Below, one piece after another: positions 28,284 to 38,130 of a DNA stretch of 64,000 nucleotides; the stretch's first letter is position 1; the number at the start of each line of letters is the position of its first letter. The notes under the pieces were generated by a model. The model ran no database searches. It saw only the letters and a list, made by a program, of their open reading frames with translations, and was not told the origin of the DNA. Origin of the DNA: a virus; IMG/VR virus record IMGVR_UViG_3300047319_001547, positions 1 to 64,000 of that record; one strand, written 5' to 3'. The translations under genes were made by a program, and so were the position numbers.

Positions 28284-29399
28284 ATGAACGCCACCACGAT
28301 GCATGAGCCGACCTCCAGCGAGGCGTCTCGCTACCGCACGATTCTCGACCGGAAAATCTCCGAGGGTGCGAAGCGCGCCGCCTCCGTGATCGAGACCATC
28401 CACCAGAACGCCCCGACGGACGCGATCGTCCCGACGTCGCGCGTCCGCTTCTCCTTCCAGGCGTCGCCGCAAAGCGCGGTCGGCAACGGCCTGCTGGTGG
28501 GCTGGGACGGACTCGAAACCTTCAGGACGTCCGACCACGCGCTCGCGCAGGTCGCGGAGCGGGCAGGCGCGCCCACCGCGTACATCCGCCAGCTCGCCTC
28601 CGGGATCGCGGAGCACGAGAACCCCTTCTGGTCGCGCGCGCTCGCGGCCGACATCCTCAACACCAGCTACGCGAACCTCCCCCGCGAGCGCGTCCTGGCG
28701 CGCCGGGTGGGGGGCCAGCTGCGCGGCTGGCTGTCGGACCGCTACCGCCGCCTGGACTCGCGGCCGCTCGTCGACGCGCTCGCGCAGGCATCCCAGGAGC
28801 TCGGCGCCATCCCGGTCGACGGAAGTGCGACCGAGACGCGCGTCGCCCTGAAGGTCATGATGCCGGAGATCATCGAGCCGGTGCCGGGCGAGTATCTGGT
28901 GCTCGGACTCGAGTGGAGCAACTCGGACTACGGGAACGGCACGCACGGCGTCCGGGAGTTCGTGCTGCGGGTCGCCTGCCTGAACGGGATGACGCGCGAG
29001 AATCTGCTGCGCCAGATCCACCTCGGCGGCCGCCTGGGTGACTCGATCGAGTACAGCGACCGCACGCTCCGCCTCGACACCGCGGCGTCCGTCTCGGCGC
29101 TGCGCGACACCGTCCGGGGCGCTCTCGGGCCCGCGGCGCGCTCGAAGCTGGCGGACCGCATCCGCGCCGCCAGCGACCAGGAGGCGAGCAGCGCGATGGT
29201 GCGGGGCGCCCTGAAGGGGTTCCCGAAGGAGACGGCGAAGCTCGCCGCCGACGCGTTCGACAGCGAGGACGTGCTGAACCTGCCGGCCGGCAAGACGGCC
29301 TGGCGGGCGTCGAACGCGATCAGCTGGATCGCGAAGAACTGCGAGGACGCCGAGCGGCGCCTCGACCTCGAGCGCGCGGCCGGTTCGGTCGTCTCCTGA
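28284..29399 (+). CDS. DUF932-family protein
   Basis: RGWLSDRYRRLD...NSDYGNG.......LRVACLNGM...HLG...TAWRASNAIS. Confidence 0.8.
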   Translation: MNATTMHEPTSSEASRYRTILDRKISEGAKRAASVIETIHQNAPTDAIVPTSRVRFSFQASPQSAVGNGLLVGWDGLETFRTSDHALAQVAERAGAPTAYIRQLASGIAEHENPFWSRALAADILNTSYANLPRERVLARRVGGQLRGWLSDRYRRLDSRPLVDALAQASQELGAIPVDGSATETRVALKVMMPEIIEPVPGEYLVLGLEWSNSDYGNGTHGVREFVLRVACLNGMTRENLLRQIHLGGRLGDSIEYSDRTLRLDTAASVSALRDTVRGALGPAARSKLADRIRAASDQEASSAMVRGALKGFPKETAKLAADAFDSEDVLNLPAGKTAWRASNAISWIAKNCEDAERRLDLERAAGSVVS

Positions 29400-29414
29400 G
29401 GCTCCCCGGGGGCT

Positions 29415-29430
29415 TGGAACTCGAGTTCCA
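29415..29430. repeat. 16-bp palindrome copy 10 (intergenic; extends to 28-bp perfect palindrome 29409-29436)
   Basis: GGGGCT-TGGAACTCGAGTTCCA-AGCCCC. Confidence 0.98.
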
Positions 29431-29834
29431 AGCCCCGTCGGAGTCCGCCCATCTCTCCTGGCCAACGTTGTCCGCGCCGCATCTGGCTGGCGTGGCGCGG
29501 ACGTGGGGAGGCGGGCGGACTCCGGCGACACCGCCGGGAAGGAGACGACCGATGAACCCCACACTGCAGACCACCATGGTCGCGTTCGCCGCCGGGACGC
29601 CCATCCACACGCGACTCGCGGCGATCGCCGCCCGTCATCAGATACGCGACTGGGAGCTGCTGACGTTCTGCGAGTTCGCCGCCGCGGTCGCGAGCCGCAC
29701 GCCGAGCGTCCCTTGTACGTAGTCCACGGCGCGAAGGGGACGCAGCGGATCCGCCTGCCGCGTGCGTGGCCGACCGTCTTCAACACCGTCTGGAAGCTCC
29801 GCCAGCTGGGCTGGCGGGTGGTGGTGCGGCGCGC

Positions 29835-31214
29835 CTAGCCGATGGCGGCGCGCACGCGCTCGATCCCGACGACCGACACGGAGTCGAGCCCGTACTCGCG
29901 GTGATACGCGACCGCCTTCAGGGCGCGTCCCGACCGATAGCCGGAGTGGTGATGCCAGGCGTCCCGTCCGGCGAGTGTGCGGTGCGTGTCGACCACGCAG
30001 CCGCGCAGCTCCTTCTGGGTCCAGTGGTGGATGTGGCCGGTGTTCCAGTAGCGGAACCGCGCCGCCCCCCACATCCGGGGCTCGTCGGTCGCCATTATTT
30101 CGCCGAGGTCGTCGAGCTTCGCGCCGTCTCCGTGCGCCCAGCCGAGCAGCACGCGTCCGAACGTGTCGTACTGGTAGGGGTTGAAACCGTCCTCCACCGT
30201 CACGCGCGGCTCGTTCGCGTACGCGGCCCTGATGTACTCGGGCAGCCAGAAGGACGAGTGTGGATCGTGATTGCCCGGGATGGAGCGGACCCTCACACGC
30301 GCGTGCTTCGACAGCGCGGTGTCGACGAGCGTCCGGAACAGGTTCAGGCCGACGCGCCCCACCTTGCCGGCCCGGCCGTCGACGTCCAGCTTGTTCCCAC
30401 TCTTGGGCGTCCGCTGGTCGTCGTCCTGGGCGTGCCAGAAGTCCCCGAGGTTCACGACGATCGCCTCCGCGGCGGCGGGTGAGCGCGCGACGAGCTGCCG
30501 CATGCACTCGCAGAGCTCGCGCTCCGCTATCCGCAGGTCGAAGTGCTCTCCCACCTCGTTCGCCCACGCCAGCATGCCGATGTGCGGGTCGCCCAGCGGA
30601 TATGCGACCAGCAGATCCTCATCCGCGTGCGCGGGCGCGTCGACGGGCGGCGCGGGACGGACGTACTCGGCGACGTGCTGCGAGACGGCGGTCTTGACGT
30701 CCTCCCACTGAGCAACGGTGTCGCGCTTGTAGGAACTCCACTGCACGGACGTCGTGCCGTCGCCGCGCCGCATCACGGACGTGCGGTCGAGCAGGAACGA
30801 ATCGGGAACCGGATCGGACGGTTCGTCGGCGCCCGCGACGCGCGTCTTGCTCCACTCGGCAGAAGTCGCGCCGCTGTCGTCGGTGAGGCGCGAGACGCCC
30901 GCGAGCTCGTGGCCGTCGGGGATGTAGTGCGGGCGCTCCGTCGGGCCGCGGTCCGGTCTCGGCACGTATCCGGTCGGGGGCGGATCGGTGTCGTGAATGG
31001 GCGGCGGTGCCGGGATGGTGCCACCGACACGCTTCGCCCGGCGCTTCTGGATCTCCGCTTCGATGCTGGCCAGCCCCAGACGCTGCAGACGCTTCTGGAT
31101 CGCATTCGCGCTCCGCCCGACGTAGCTCACGACTTGCTCGATCGTCGCGTATTCGCTCAGCGCTTCCTGGAGGTTCAGGTCGTCTTCGGGCGTCCAGCGA
31201 TACGAGTCGGTCAT
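29835..31214 (-). CDS. calcineurin-like metallophosphoesterase with N-terminal HTH
   Basis: GDPHIG, NLGDFWH, GNHD, AHGD, TGHIHH; N-terminal WT..DD...GRS.NAIQKR. Confidence 0.85.
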   Translation of the reverse strand: MTDSYRWTPEDDLNLQEALSEYATIEQVVSYVGRSANAIQKRLQRLGLASIEAEIQKRRAKRVGGTIPAPPPIHDTDPPPTGYVPRPDRGPTERPHYIPDGHELAGVSRLTDDSGATSAEWSKTRVAGADEPSDPVPDSFLLDRTSVMRRGDGTTSVQWSSYKRDTVAQWEDVKTAVSQHVAEYVRPAPPVDAPAHADEDLLVAYPLGDPHIGMLAWANEVGEHFDLRIAERELCECMRQLVARSPAAAEAIVVNLGDFWHAQDDDQRTPKSGNKLDVDGRAGKVGRVGLNLFRTLVDTALSKHARVRVRSIPGNHDPHSSFWLPEYIRAAYANEPRVTVEDGFNPYQYDTFGRVLLGWAHGDGAKLDDLGEIMATDEPRMWGAARFRYWNTGHIHHWTQKELRGCVVDTHRTLAGRDAWHHHSGYRSGRALKAVAYHREYGLDSVSVVGIERVRAAIG

Positions 31215-31591
31215 TCGAACCTCGGGGGCTTAGGGAACTTCAGCCAGCCGTTCCGCACCAGGACGTCGAACAGCGGGCCTTCGATCAGGCAGATGATGTG
31301 CTCTTCGCGGTCGGACAGAACCGCCTCGTCTTTCGCGCCGAACACCTTCAGCCGCAGGTCGACGCCGATCGTCTCGAGGCATCGGTGGAACGTCTCGTGA
31401 AACAGCCGCTGCTTCTGGATCGACTCCTCGGCGACGCCGATGTCGATCTCGTTCTTCTTGCGGTCGAACGACGCGTCGCACTCGTTCCCGTCGTCGTCGG
31501 TGGGAGTGGGGTGGACGAAGACGGGCGTCACGCCGCCGTGCGTCTCCATCTTGGTCCAGAGCCGCCGCCTGCGTCGCCGGGGGTTTGCCAC
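31211..31591 (-). CDS. small HExxH zincin-like protein
   Basis: EIDIG.......RLFHETFH...REE; CATACT-6nt-GTG start on minus strand. Confidence 0.6.
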   Translation of the reverse strand: MANPRRRRRRLWTKMETHGGVTPVFVHPTPTDDDGNECDASFDRKKNEIDIGVAEESIQKQRLFHETFHRCLETIGVDLRLKVFGAKDEAVLSDREEHIICLIEGPLFDVLVRNGWLKFPKPPRFE

Positions 31592-31680
31592 GCCCGGAGT
31601 ATGCCGCCCGACGCGTGAATGCTGCACGTCTCGGGGGGTAATTGTGGGCGATCCCGGCGGCGAGTAGCCTCAGCGGGGCG

Positions 31681-32376
31681 ATGAGTAAATCAGACGGCCT
31701 CGAGAACTCCTGGCTGCTGCTTTATTTCACCGCAACGGCGATCGCGAACATCGCCGACAACGCAGCGAGCGTGCCCGCGACGAACATCTTCATCTCGCTC
31801 CACACGGCAGATCCCGGCGAGGGCGGCAATCAGACGTCGAACGAGTGCGCCTACACGGGTTATGCCCGCATCGCGGTCGTGCGAACGAGCGGAGGCTGGA
31901 CGGTCTCCGGGACGAACCCGACGCAGGCCGTCAATGCGGCGCTCGTTCAATTCGCGAAGTCGACCGGGGTCGCCGACAACACCAACGCCATCTACTTCGG
32001 CGTGGGCCGTTCGTCGTCGGGGGCGGGAACTCTCGACTATTCGGGCGTCCTCGGAACGGCGCTCGGCCCCGGAACAGCCGAGACGGACGACAACACCGTC
32101 ACGATTCCCGGCCTGGCGGGCGTCGCGGTCGGCGACAAGATCATCTTCGTTCACTCGCCCAACGGTCTGACGCCGGGCGGGATCGTCGAAGGGACGACCT
32201 ACTTCGCCAAGACGGTCGCGGGCGACGTGCTGACGCTCTCCGCCACGTCGGGAGGCGCGACGCTGACCGTCACGTCGGACGGTTCGGGATTCTGGTATCG
32301 GAGCTCGCCGCTTCAGATCACGCTCAACGTTCAGCCGCAGTTCGCGGCCGGCACGCTCGTCGTCACCGAGGACTGA
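31681..32376 (+). CDS. virion structural protein (fibre-associated)
   Basis: LEN..L...IFISLHTADPGEGG....E..YTGYAR.AV...PQFAAGTLVVTED pattern common in phage structural genes. Confidence 0.7.
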   Translation: MSKSDGLENSWLLLYFTATAIANIADNAASVPATNIFISLHTADPGEGGNQTSNECAYTGYARIAVVRTSGGWTVSGTNPTQAVNAALVQFAKSTGVADNTNAIYFGVGRSSSGAGTLDYSGVLGTALGPGTAETDDNTVTIPGLAGVAVGDKIIFVHSPNGLTPGGIVEGTTYFAKTVAGDVLTLSATSGGATLTVTSDGSGFWYRSSPLQITLNVQPQFAAGTLVVTED

Positions 32377-32732
32377 TGGCCGCGACAGACGGCACGCAGC
32401 TCAACTTGGGTCTCGCCGGAGATCTAGTCAGCGACGAGGACATGACGGGACTGCCGCGAGGCGTCGCTGACGTTCCGCAGCTGGGATCGGGCAACGCAAA
32501 CTACAAGGTCGAGCGGACGAAGGTCGCCGTGGGCCGCTACGGACACGACGACGGAGACGCCGAACCGGACAGCCCGCTGTGGGTTGGAATGCGCCGGGAG
32601 CGTCTGGTGCTCGAAACAGAAATGCTCGCACGATTGGACGCAAACGCGATGAGCATGCAGCGCAGATGCTACGAACGCGTCGGCCTGAGCGATCGGCGCG
32701 GACGAACAGCGGAGAGAGGAAACGTCAGATGA
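32376..32732 (+). CDS. hypothetical protein
   Basis: TGATG coupling. Confidence 0.5.
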   Translation: MAATDGTQLNLGLAGDLVSDEDMTGLPRGVADVPQLGSGNANYKVERTKVAVGRYGHDDGDAEPDSPLWVGMRRERLVLETEMLARLDANAMSMQRRCYERVGLSDRRGRTAERGNVR

Positions 32733-33385
32733 TTCTCGAAGGCATCTATCGTCGATTCCAGGCACTTCGTGCAGGGAAGGGCCCGATCGATCTGAGGCTC
32801 ACGCACGCCGAGAGTCTGGCGATCTGTCAGGTGGAGCCGATCGGCTTCGAGATGGCGCGCGCAGGACGGCGATTCGCCCTCGGCTACTCGGCTGCCGTCA
32901 CCGGGATCGCTCCCGTCCAGGCGCTTCCGACCACCGCCGCCCAGTGGGTGTGGTGGAACAACGATGCGACGAAGTCGCACATCGTTCAGACGCTGGGAGC
33001 TCAGGTTTTGAGCGGGACCCCGGGAGTCGCCGGTCAGCTTTTCGCTGCTCTGATTCAGGCACCCGCCACGGTTGGAACCGTCAGCAAGGCGGGACTGACC
33101 GTGGCGTCGAAGTCCAACGGAGGACTCACAAGCAAGGCAGTCTTCACGTCGGGCGTGACGGTGACGGCGCCAGCCGCACCGGCGTGGTTTTCTGTCGCGG
33201 AGAACCTGTCGCCCAACGTCGGGGCGTTCCCGGGATCGGGAATCATGGTCAACCGGATACTCGATGGACGGATCGTGATTCCGCCCGGTCAGGGTCTCGC
33301 GCTCGCCGTCGTCGCACTCGCCGGCACGACGCCGCTGTTTGGTCCGATCGCTGAGTGGGTCGAGTTGGAAACCGATCTCGAATAA
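32729..33385 (+). CDS. putative virion protein
   Basis: beta-rich, C-terminal IVIPPGQGLAL...EWVE. Confidence 0.5.
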   Translation: MILEGIYRRFQALRAGKGPIDLRLTHAESLAICQVEPIGFEMARAGRRFALGYSAAVTGIAPVQALPTTAAQWVWWNNDATKSHIVQTLGAQVLSGTPGVAGQLFAALIQAPATVGTVSKAGLTVASKSNGGLTSKAVFTSGVTVTAPAAPAWFSVAENLSPNVGAFPGSGIMVNRILDGRIVIPPGQGLALAVVALAGTTPLFGPIAEWVELETDLE

Positions 33386-33394
33386 AACGGGGTC

Positions 33395-34618
33395 ATGCGT
33401 CTCGCGAAGATCGCGAACAACCTCAACCCGCAGCTGGCTTTCATTGCGGGCGTGAGCGCGTCTCTCGCTGCGGGGAGTGGGGCGCCGTCAGCGCAGGGCG
33501 CCGTCGTCGGCAGTTCGGACGGCGCCGCGACGTGCCTCTCGTCCGTGACGGGAGTCGGAGTGGAGTCAGGAGTCTCGGCGGCGGATTCTACCGCTCAATC
33601 GAGCGTCGTCGGCGTGGGTGGCGCGCCCGCGATCGCCGTCGGGAGCTCCCTGGATTCGGCGTCACCGCCGACCGGGCAGGGATCGGTGGTCGGATCGTCG
33701 GCGGGTGCTGCGGCAGGATCTGGAGTTGCTGCGGGTCTGGGCGGCGTCGCGGGATCTAGCGCGGGGGGAGATGCGCCGCGGGGTGACGTCACCGGCGTGT
33801 TCGCCGCCGGCGGCACGACGTCGGGGGATTCTGCTGCAGCGGGCGTTGTGATCGGCGTGGGAGGAGTCGCGGGCAAACCCGTGGGTGGATCAACTGCGTC
33901 GGCTTCCCTGGCGGGCCCAGCTGGGATGGCGGCGCGCGCGGATGCGAGTTCTACGGCGTCTTCGGCGGCTGCGGGAATCGGAAGCGTCGGTGGATATTCG
34001 TCGGGAATCGCGGCCCCGACCTCTTCCGTCGTGGGGGCGGGCGTGGAGAGCGGTTCGAGCGCAGGCGATGCTGCAGCGTCGGGTTCGGTCGCCGGGTTCG
34101 GCGCAGCAGCGGGCGTCTCCAACACGGTCGCGGCCGCCCGCGGCGTGATTGGGGGTCCCGCGTCTGCTCTCGCTGCGTCGTCGGGAGGAGCCGCAGCGCG
34201 CGCCAGTGCATCGGCAATCGGGGCGGTGGCGGGACGATCAGACGCCTTCGGCGCGGCGACTGCGCAGGTCATGTCTTCAGGGATTCTTTTCGGCGCCGGG
34301 GTGTCGGCCGGGATCTCCGTCGTGGCGGGGATCGTCGCCGGAACGGCATCCGGTTCCGGAATCTCGGGAGGTTCGTCGTCCGTCTTCAGTGCGCTGGTCG
34401 CGGCGGGCGTCGTCTCCGGCGCGTCGCGCAGTTCGTCTTCGGTGGGCGGCACCTTCAGCGCTGCGGGATACCTGGGGGGTGTCGTCGTCGGAGTCGCGGG
34501 CGGTTGCGGCATCATCGACCCCCCTCCGCTCGCCACACTTCTCGGCGCGGCCGCCGTCATCACGACGACGCGAACGGTCGTCGTCCGCTACGGAATTGCT
34601 CGACTGCGACGCCGATGA
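33395..34618 (+). CDS. Gly/Ala/Ser-rich low-complexity repeat protein
   Basis: degenerate ~20-aa G.S.G.(S/A)...G repeats through the whole ORF. Confidence 0.6.
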   Translation: MRLAKIANNLNPQLAFIAGVSASLAAGSGAPSAQGAVVGSSDGAATCLSSVTGVGVESGVSAADSTAQSSVVGVGGAPAIAVGSSLDSASPPTGQGSVVGSSAGAAAGSGVAAGLGGVAGSSAGGDAPRGDVTGVFAAGGTTSGDSAAAGVVIGVGGVAGKPVGGSTASASLAGPAGMAARADASSTASSAAAGIGSVGGYSSGIAAPTSSVVGAGVESGSSAGDAAASGSVAGFGAAAGVSNTVAAARGVIGGPASALAASSGGAAARASASAIGAVAGRSDAFGAATAQVMSSGILFGAGVSAGISVVAGIVAGTASGSGISGGSSSVFSALVAAGVVSGASRSSSSVGGTFSAAGYLGGVVVGVAGGCGIIDPPPLATLLGAAAVITTTRTVVVRYGIARLRRR

Positions 34619-34783
34619 GATCCTCGACGTCATGTCGAACCCGCGCGACAACGTGTCGTTCTCGCTGACTCGAGCGACCGTCAACGCGGTCTCGACGAAC
34701 CCGGATGCGGAAGTCGATCCCGCCGCGTCGACGAACCGCGACCGAGAAGTCGTGGTGAGGGTCTCGATCAAAAGTCTGAACCG

Positions 34784-35263
34784 ATGAGCTCCTCGTTTCC
34801 GCCCGGCCCGTCGTCCGATCGCCCGTCGGATCGTCCGCTCTACACGGACGAAGAGCTGGTGCTCCAGCCCCACTATCAGCGCCGGACGATGTACGGAGGC
34901 GACACCTTCATCTTCGACATCCAGATCCAACGGCCGCCCGCCGGCAGTCCCCCCGGCACGCCTCCGCAGCCCGTGAATCTGACTGGATATTTCATCTGGT
35001 TTTCGGCGAAATACCACGCGGTCGATCCGGACAATCAGGCGGTGTCGTTTCTGACGACCGCATTGTCGGGCGGGATCGTCGTGACGGACGCGCTGAACGG
35101 CAAGGTGGAGATCACGATGCCTGCGATCGCCACGCGCAGCTTCCCGAGCGGCGTCACGCCTCTCATCACGACCGTCAAGGTCAAAGACACGTCGGGCAAC
35201 GTCTTCACCGCAGAAGTGGCAGTGCTCGAGGTCTGGCCGTCCGGGGTCGCCGCCATCTCCTGA
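34784..35263 (+). CDS. BppU-N-like virion protein
   Basis: GGDTF.FDI...PVNLTGY.I.FSAK...VTDALNGKVEIT.....T. Confidence 0.55.
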   Translation: MSSSFPPGPSSDRPSDRPLYTDEELVLQPHYQRRTMYGGDTFIFDIQIQRPPAGSPPGTPPQPVNLTGYFIWFSAKYHAVDPDNQAVSFLTTALSGGIVVTDALNGKVEITMPAIATRSFPSGVTPLITTVKVKDTSGNVFTAEVAVLEVWPSGVAAIS

Positions 35264-35267
35264 AGGT

Positions 35268-35283
35268 TGGAACTCGAGTTCCA
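35268..35283. repeat. 16-bp palindrome copy 11 (intergenic, over -35/spacer of protease promoter)
   Basis: exact match, flanks T...G; followed by gcccgg-TAGGGT-6nt-ATG. Confidence 0.98.
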
Positions 35284-35301
35284 GCCCGGTAGGGTTTCGG
35301 C

Positions 35302-36123
35302 ATGGCGAACCTCACGCCCCTCCTCCAGCGAGGGATGGGGCACATTCCTGGCCCGTTCCCCGAGGGGACGCTGTCGACCAAGCACCTGTTCGGCGCACGC
35401 CGCGTCGGGCTGTCGGGCAACGTCGACCTGTCAGATTACGTCGACATGATTCGCGACCAGGGGCAGACGAGCCGCTGCGTCGGCGCCGCGAACGCGCGCA
35501 CGCTGCACGTCGCGGCGCAGCGCCAGAAGTTCGGCGGTCCGAACCCGACTCAGATGCCGTATCCGAGCGAGCGCGGTCTCTACTCGCTGGCGCGCGCGGA
35601 GGAGAGCGTCACGGGCGACGAGGAGCTGATCGACGAGGGATCGGTGCCGGGTCTGCTGGTGACGGCGGTGCAGCGCGACATCGGGGTGCCGCTCGAGCGC
35701 GACTTCCCGGAGGACGACGCCAACATCAACGAGCGCGTGCCGGCCGAAGTGATCGCCGCCGCGCTGTCGATCAAGGTCAAGGCGATCCACCTGATCGACT
35801 CCGACGGGTTGAACCGCGTCGACGACGCCGTCCAGACGCTGCTCGAGGGGTTCGCCTTCACGATGGCGATTCCGGTCGGCCCTGAGTACGAGGGCTGCAA
35901 CTCCGAGACGCCCGTCGAGGCGTGCGGCGCCCAGGTGTTCGGCGGCCACGACGTCGCGATCCTTGGCGTCAAGACCGTGAACGGACGGCGGTTCTTCAAG
36001 AACGCCGGATCGTGGGGCACCCGCTTCGGCTTCAACGGCTGGGTGTGGCTGGCCGAGTCGGTCCTGACGGACCCGCGCGCGCGAGACTTCATCGTCCCAA
36101 CCGTCGTCACGGACTGGAGCTGA
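35302..36123 (+). CDS. papain-like (C1) cysteine peptidase
   Basis: VDL...IRDQGQTSRCVG (oxyanion Q, catalytic C), GGHDVAILG (His), AGSWGTRFGFNGWVW. Confidence 0.85.
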   Translation: MANLTPLLQRGMGHIPGPFPEGTLSTKHLFGARRVGLSGNVDLSDYVDMIRDQGQTSRCVGAANARTLHVAAQRQKFGGPNPTQMPYPSERGLYSLARAEESVTGDEELIDEGSVPGLLVTAVQRDIGVPLERDFPEDDANINERVPAEVIAAALSIKVKAIHLIDSDGLNRVDDAVQTLLEGFAFTMAIPVGPEYEGCNSETPVEACGAQVFGGHDVAILGVKTVNGRRFFKNAGSWGTRFGFNGWVWLAESVLTDPRARDFIVPTVVTDWS

Positions 36124-36127
36124 TCCG

Positions 36128-36445
36128 ATGCTGCGTCATTTCGTGTTCGCCGTCGTGCTGACCGCCCTCTCGTGCTGCGTTCCGCAGCCGGGCCCGGCCC
36201 CCATGCCACCGGACGCCACGGACGCGTCTCCGCCCGTCCTGGACGCCGCACCGCCCGACGACGACTCGTCCGATCCCGCCTCCCAGGCGTGCGCGCACCT
36301 GCGGGATCTCGGCTGCCCGCTCGGGTCAGCCGCGACGTGCGTCGCGGTCTTCTCGCTCGACCCAAAGTGGGGCATCACTCCCGCGTGCGTCCTGAGGGCT
36401 CGCGGTCCGGCAGAACTCGAAACCTGCCACGTCATCTGCAGGTGA
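36128..36445 (+). CDS. Cys-rich lipoprotein
   Basis: lipobox LSCC, Pro/Asp linker, several Cys. Confidence 0.65.
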   Translation: MLRHFVFAVVLTALSCCVPQPGPAPMPPDATDASPPVLDAAPPDDDSSDPASQACAHLRDLGCPLGSAATCVAVFSLDPKWGITPACVLRARGPAELETCHVICR

Positions 36446-36449
36446 TCGG

Positions 36450-36734
36450 GTGCCGGGCCTGACGGGACTCGGTTCCTGGGTGGCAGACTCCAAGAGGCGA
36501 AAGTTCAGCCTTCCGATCGCGCACAAGCCCTACATGGTGCTGCCGCGCGGTGGAACCGGGCCGTTTTCGTGCGCCAATTGTGCATTCATCTTCAAGAAGG
36601 GTGATGAGCATCACTGCTCGAACCGTGATTATCAATCGTTCGCCGGCACGACTCTGCTGGTGGCGGAAGACGGGAAGACTCCGTTGGACGATCCGTCGCG
36701 CGCCTGCAGCGACTTCTTCCGGCCCGCGCGTTGA
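36450..36734 (+). CDS. small Cys-cluster protein
   Basis: SCANC...HC...AC. Confidence 0.45.
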   Translation: MPGLTGLGSWVADSKRRKFSLPIAHKPYMVLPRGGTGPFSCANCAFIFKKGDEHHCSNRDYQSFAGTTLLVAEDGKTPLDDPSRACSDFFRPAR

Positions 36735-36778
36735 CGACCGCGCGCCCGCGGGGTCTTCTGGACCGCGGAGGCGCTGAC

Positions 36779-37360
36779 ATGATGGGAGAGAAGACGGACC
36801 ACGTCATCGTGTGGGATCCGAGCGGTGACTTCTGGCCGGGCGGGATCGTCACGTCGGAGGTCGCCGACTCGCTGCTGTCGGCCGGGGTCGTGATGCTGCC
36901 GGTCGAGCGCAACCTCATCGAGCAGTGCGCGATCGGCGGCTACTTCTTCCGGTCGTGGGGGGCGGGGGTTCCGCTTCCGCTGGGGGTTCCGCGGATGATC
37001 TGCCCGCTGGCGCTGTACGTGTCGCGAATCAACAACTCCAAGCCGGACGCGCCGACGCGTCTCAGCTGGGTGGCGCGGCTCGTCCAGGTGAATCCCTACG
37101 GGCAGCTGGTGAAGCCGAAGGGAACGATCCGGCTGGCGCCCGACACCGGGCAGACCGGGATGTTCGGCGGCGGCGTGTCGGCGAACGACAAGACGGCCGT
37201 CGATCTCGGGCTGCTTCAGGCCCCCGACGAGCACGGTGGCTGGACGGTGAGGGGCGAGGCGGGCGTGAACGTCGCGATCGACGCCATGCTGGGGCTCGGC
37301 CTTTATTGTTCGGGTGAGGGCGCGCGGATAGCCTGGGCGGCAGTCAGCCAGTCTCGCTGA
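36779..37360 (+). CDS. putative virion protein
   Basis: GGAGG RBS; position upstream of portal. Confidence 0.5.
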   Translation: MMGEKTDHVIVWDPSGDFWPGGIVTSEVADSLLSAGVVMLPVERNLIEQCAIGGYFFRSWGAGVPLPLGVPRMICPLALYVSRINNSKPDAPTRLSWVARLVQVNPYGQLVKPKGTIRLAPDTGQTGMFGGGVSANDKTAVDLGLLQAPDEHGGWTVRGEAGVNVAIDAMLGLGLYCSGEGARIAWAAVSQSR

Positions 37361-37376
37361 CGCGGAGGCTCTTCCG

Positions 37377-38123
37377 ATGCGGTTTCCCCTGACGTTTCAG
37401 CGCCGAAAGGGCGGATCCGGATCGGTGCCGGTGATCGGCGGATCTCAGGACGCAGCTCCGGTTTCGACGCCGCCGAGCGCCAAGGCGGACAACATCCTGT
37501 TCTGCGGGCTGCGGGACGTGAACGGCTGGCCGATCCAGCGCATCGCGATCTGCTGGACGCTCGAGACCAACTCCTACACGCTCGCGGCGGCCGGGACCGC
37601 ACCTCCCGCCGTCACCCTCTCGGGCACGACTTCCGGCAGGCCGGCGGTCACGATCGAGATCGACATCACGCTGACGGGCATCCGCGGAGTCGCGACGTTT
37701 CAGTGGCTGCTCAATGGCGTCGTCCAGCAGACCGGCCAGCTGACGGCCGCGACGTTCGCGCTCGGAACGACTGGCCTGACTGCCAACTTCCCGGCCGGCA
37801 CCTACACGAACGACAACGTCTACACGTCGTCGCCGACGGTTCCGACTGCGTTCAACGTCGACGCGTACTTCTGGGAGGCCGCGACCGGCCGCTGGTACAA
37901 GATCAACGACACGGCGCTGTCGGTGAAGCCGAATCAGCTCTTCTTCTTCGACACCGTGACGATCGCCGCGCCGGCGCCGTCGAACTCCACCATCAATCAA
38001 CCGGGGTCGCCCGCGCAGCCCGGTGGGATGGAGATCTTCATCGTCGTCACGGACCCGGGTGCCCAGGTGAACGGCACGTACTCGTTCGCGGTGGGCGGCG
38101 ACCTGACGACTGTCGGGACGTGA
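37377..38123 (+). CDS. putative virion protein
   Basis: GGAGG RBS; Thr/Gly-rich beta protein. Confidence 0.55.
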   Translation: MRFPLTFQRRKGGSGSVPVIGGSQDAAPVSTPPSAKADNILFCGLRDVNGWPIQRIAICWTLETNSYTLAAAGTAPPAVTLSGTTSGRPAVTIEIDITLTGIRGVATFQWLLNGVVQQTGQLTAATFALGTTGLTANFPAGTYTNDNVYTSSPTVPTAFNVDAYFWEAATGRWYKINDTALSVKPNQLFFFDTVTIAAPAPSNSTINQPGSPAQPGGMEIFIVVTDPGAQVNGTYSFAVGGDLTTVGT

Positions 38124-38130
38124 GCCCCGC

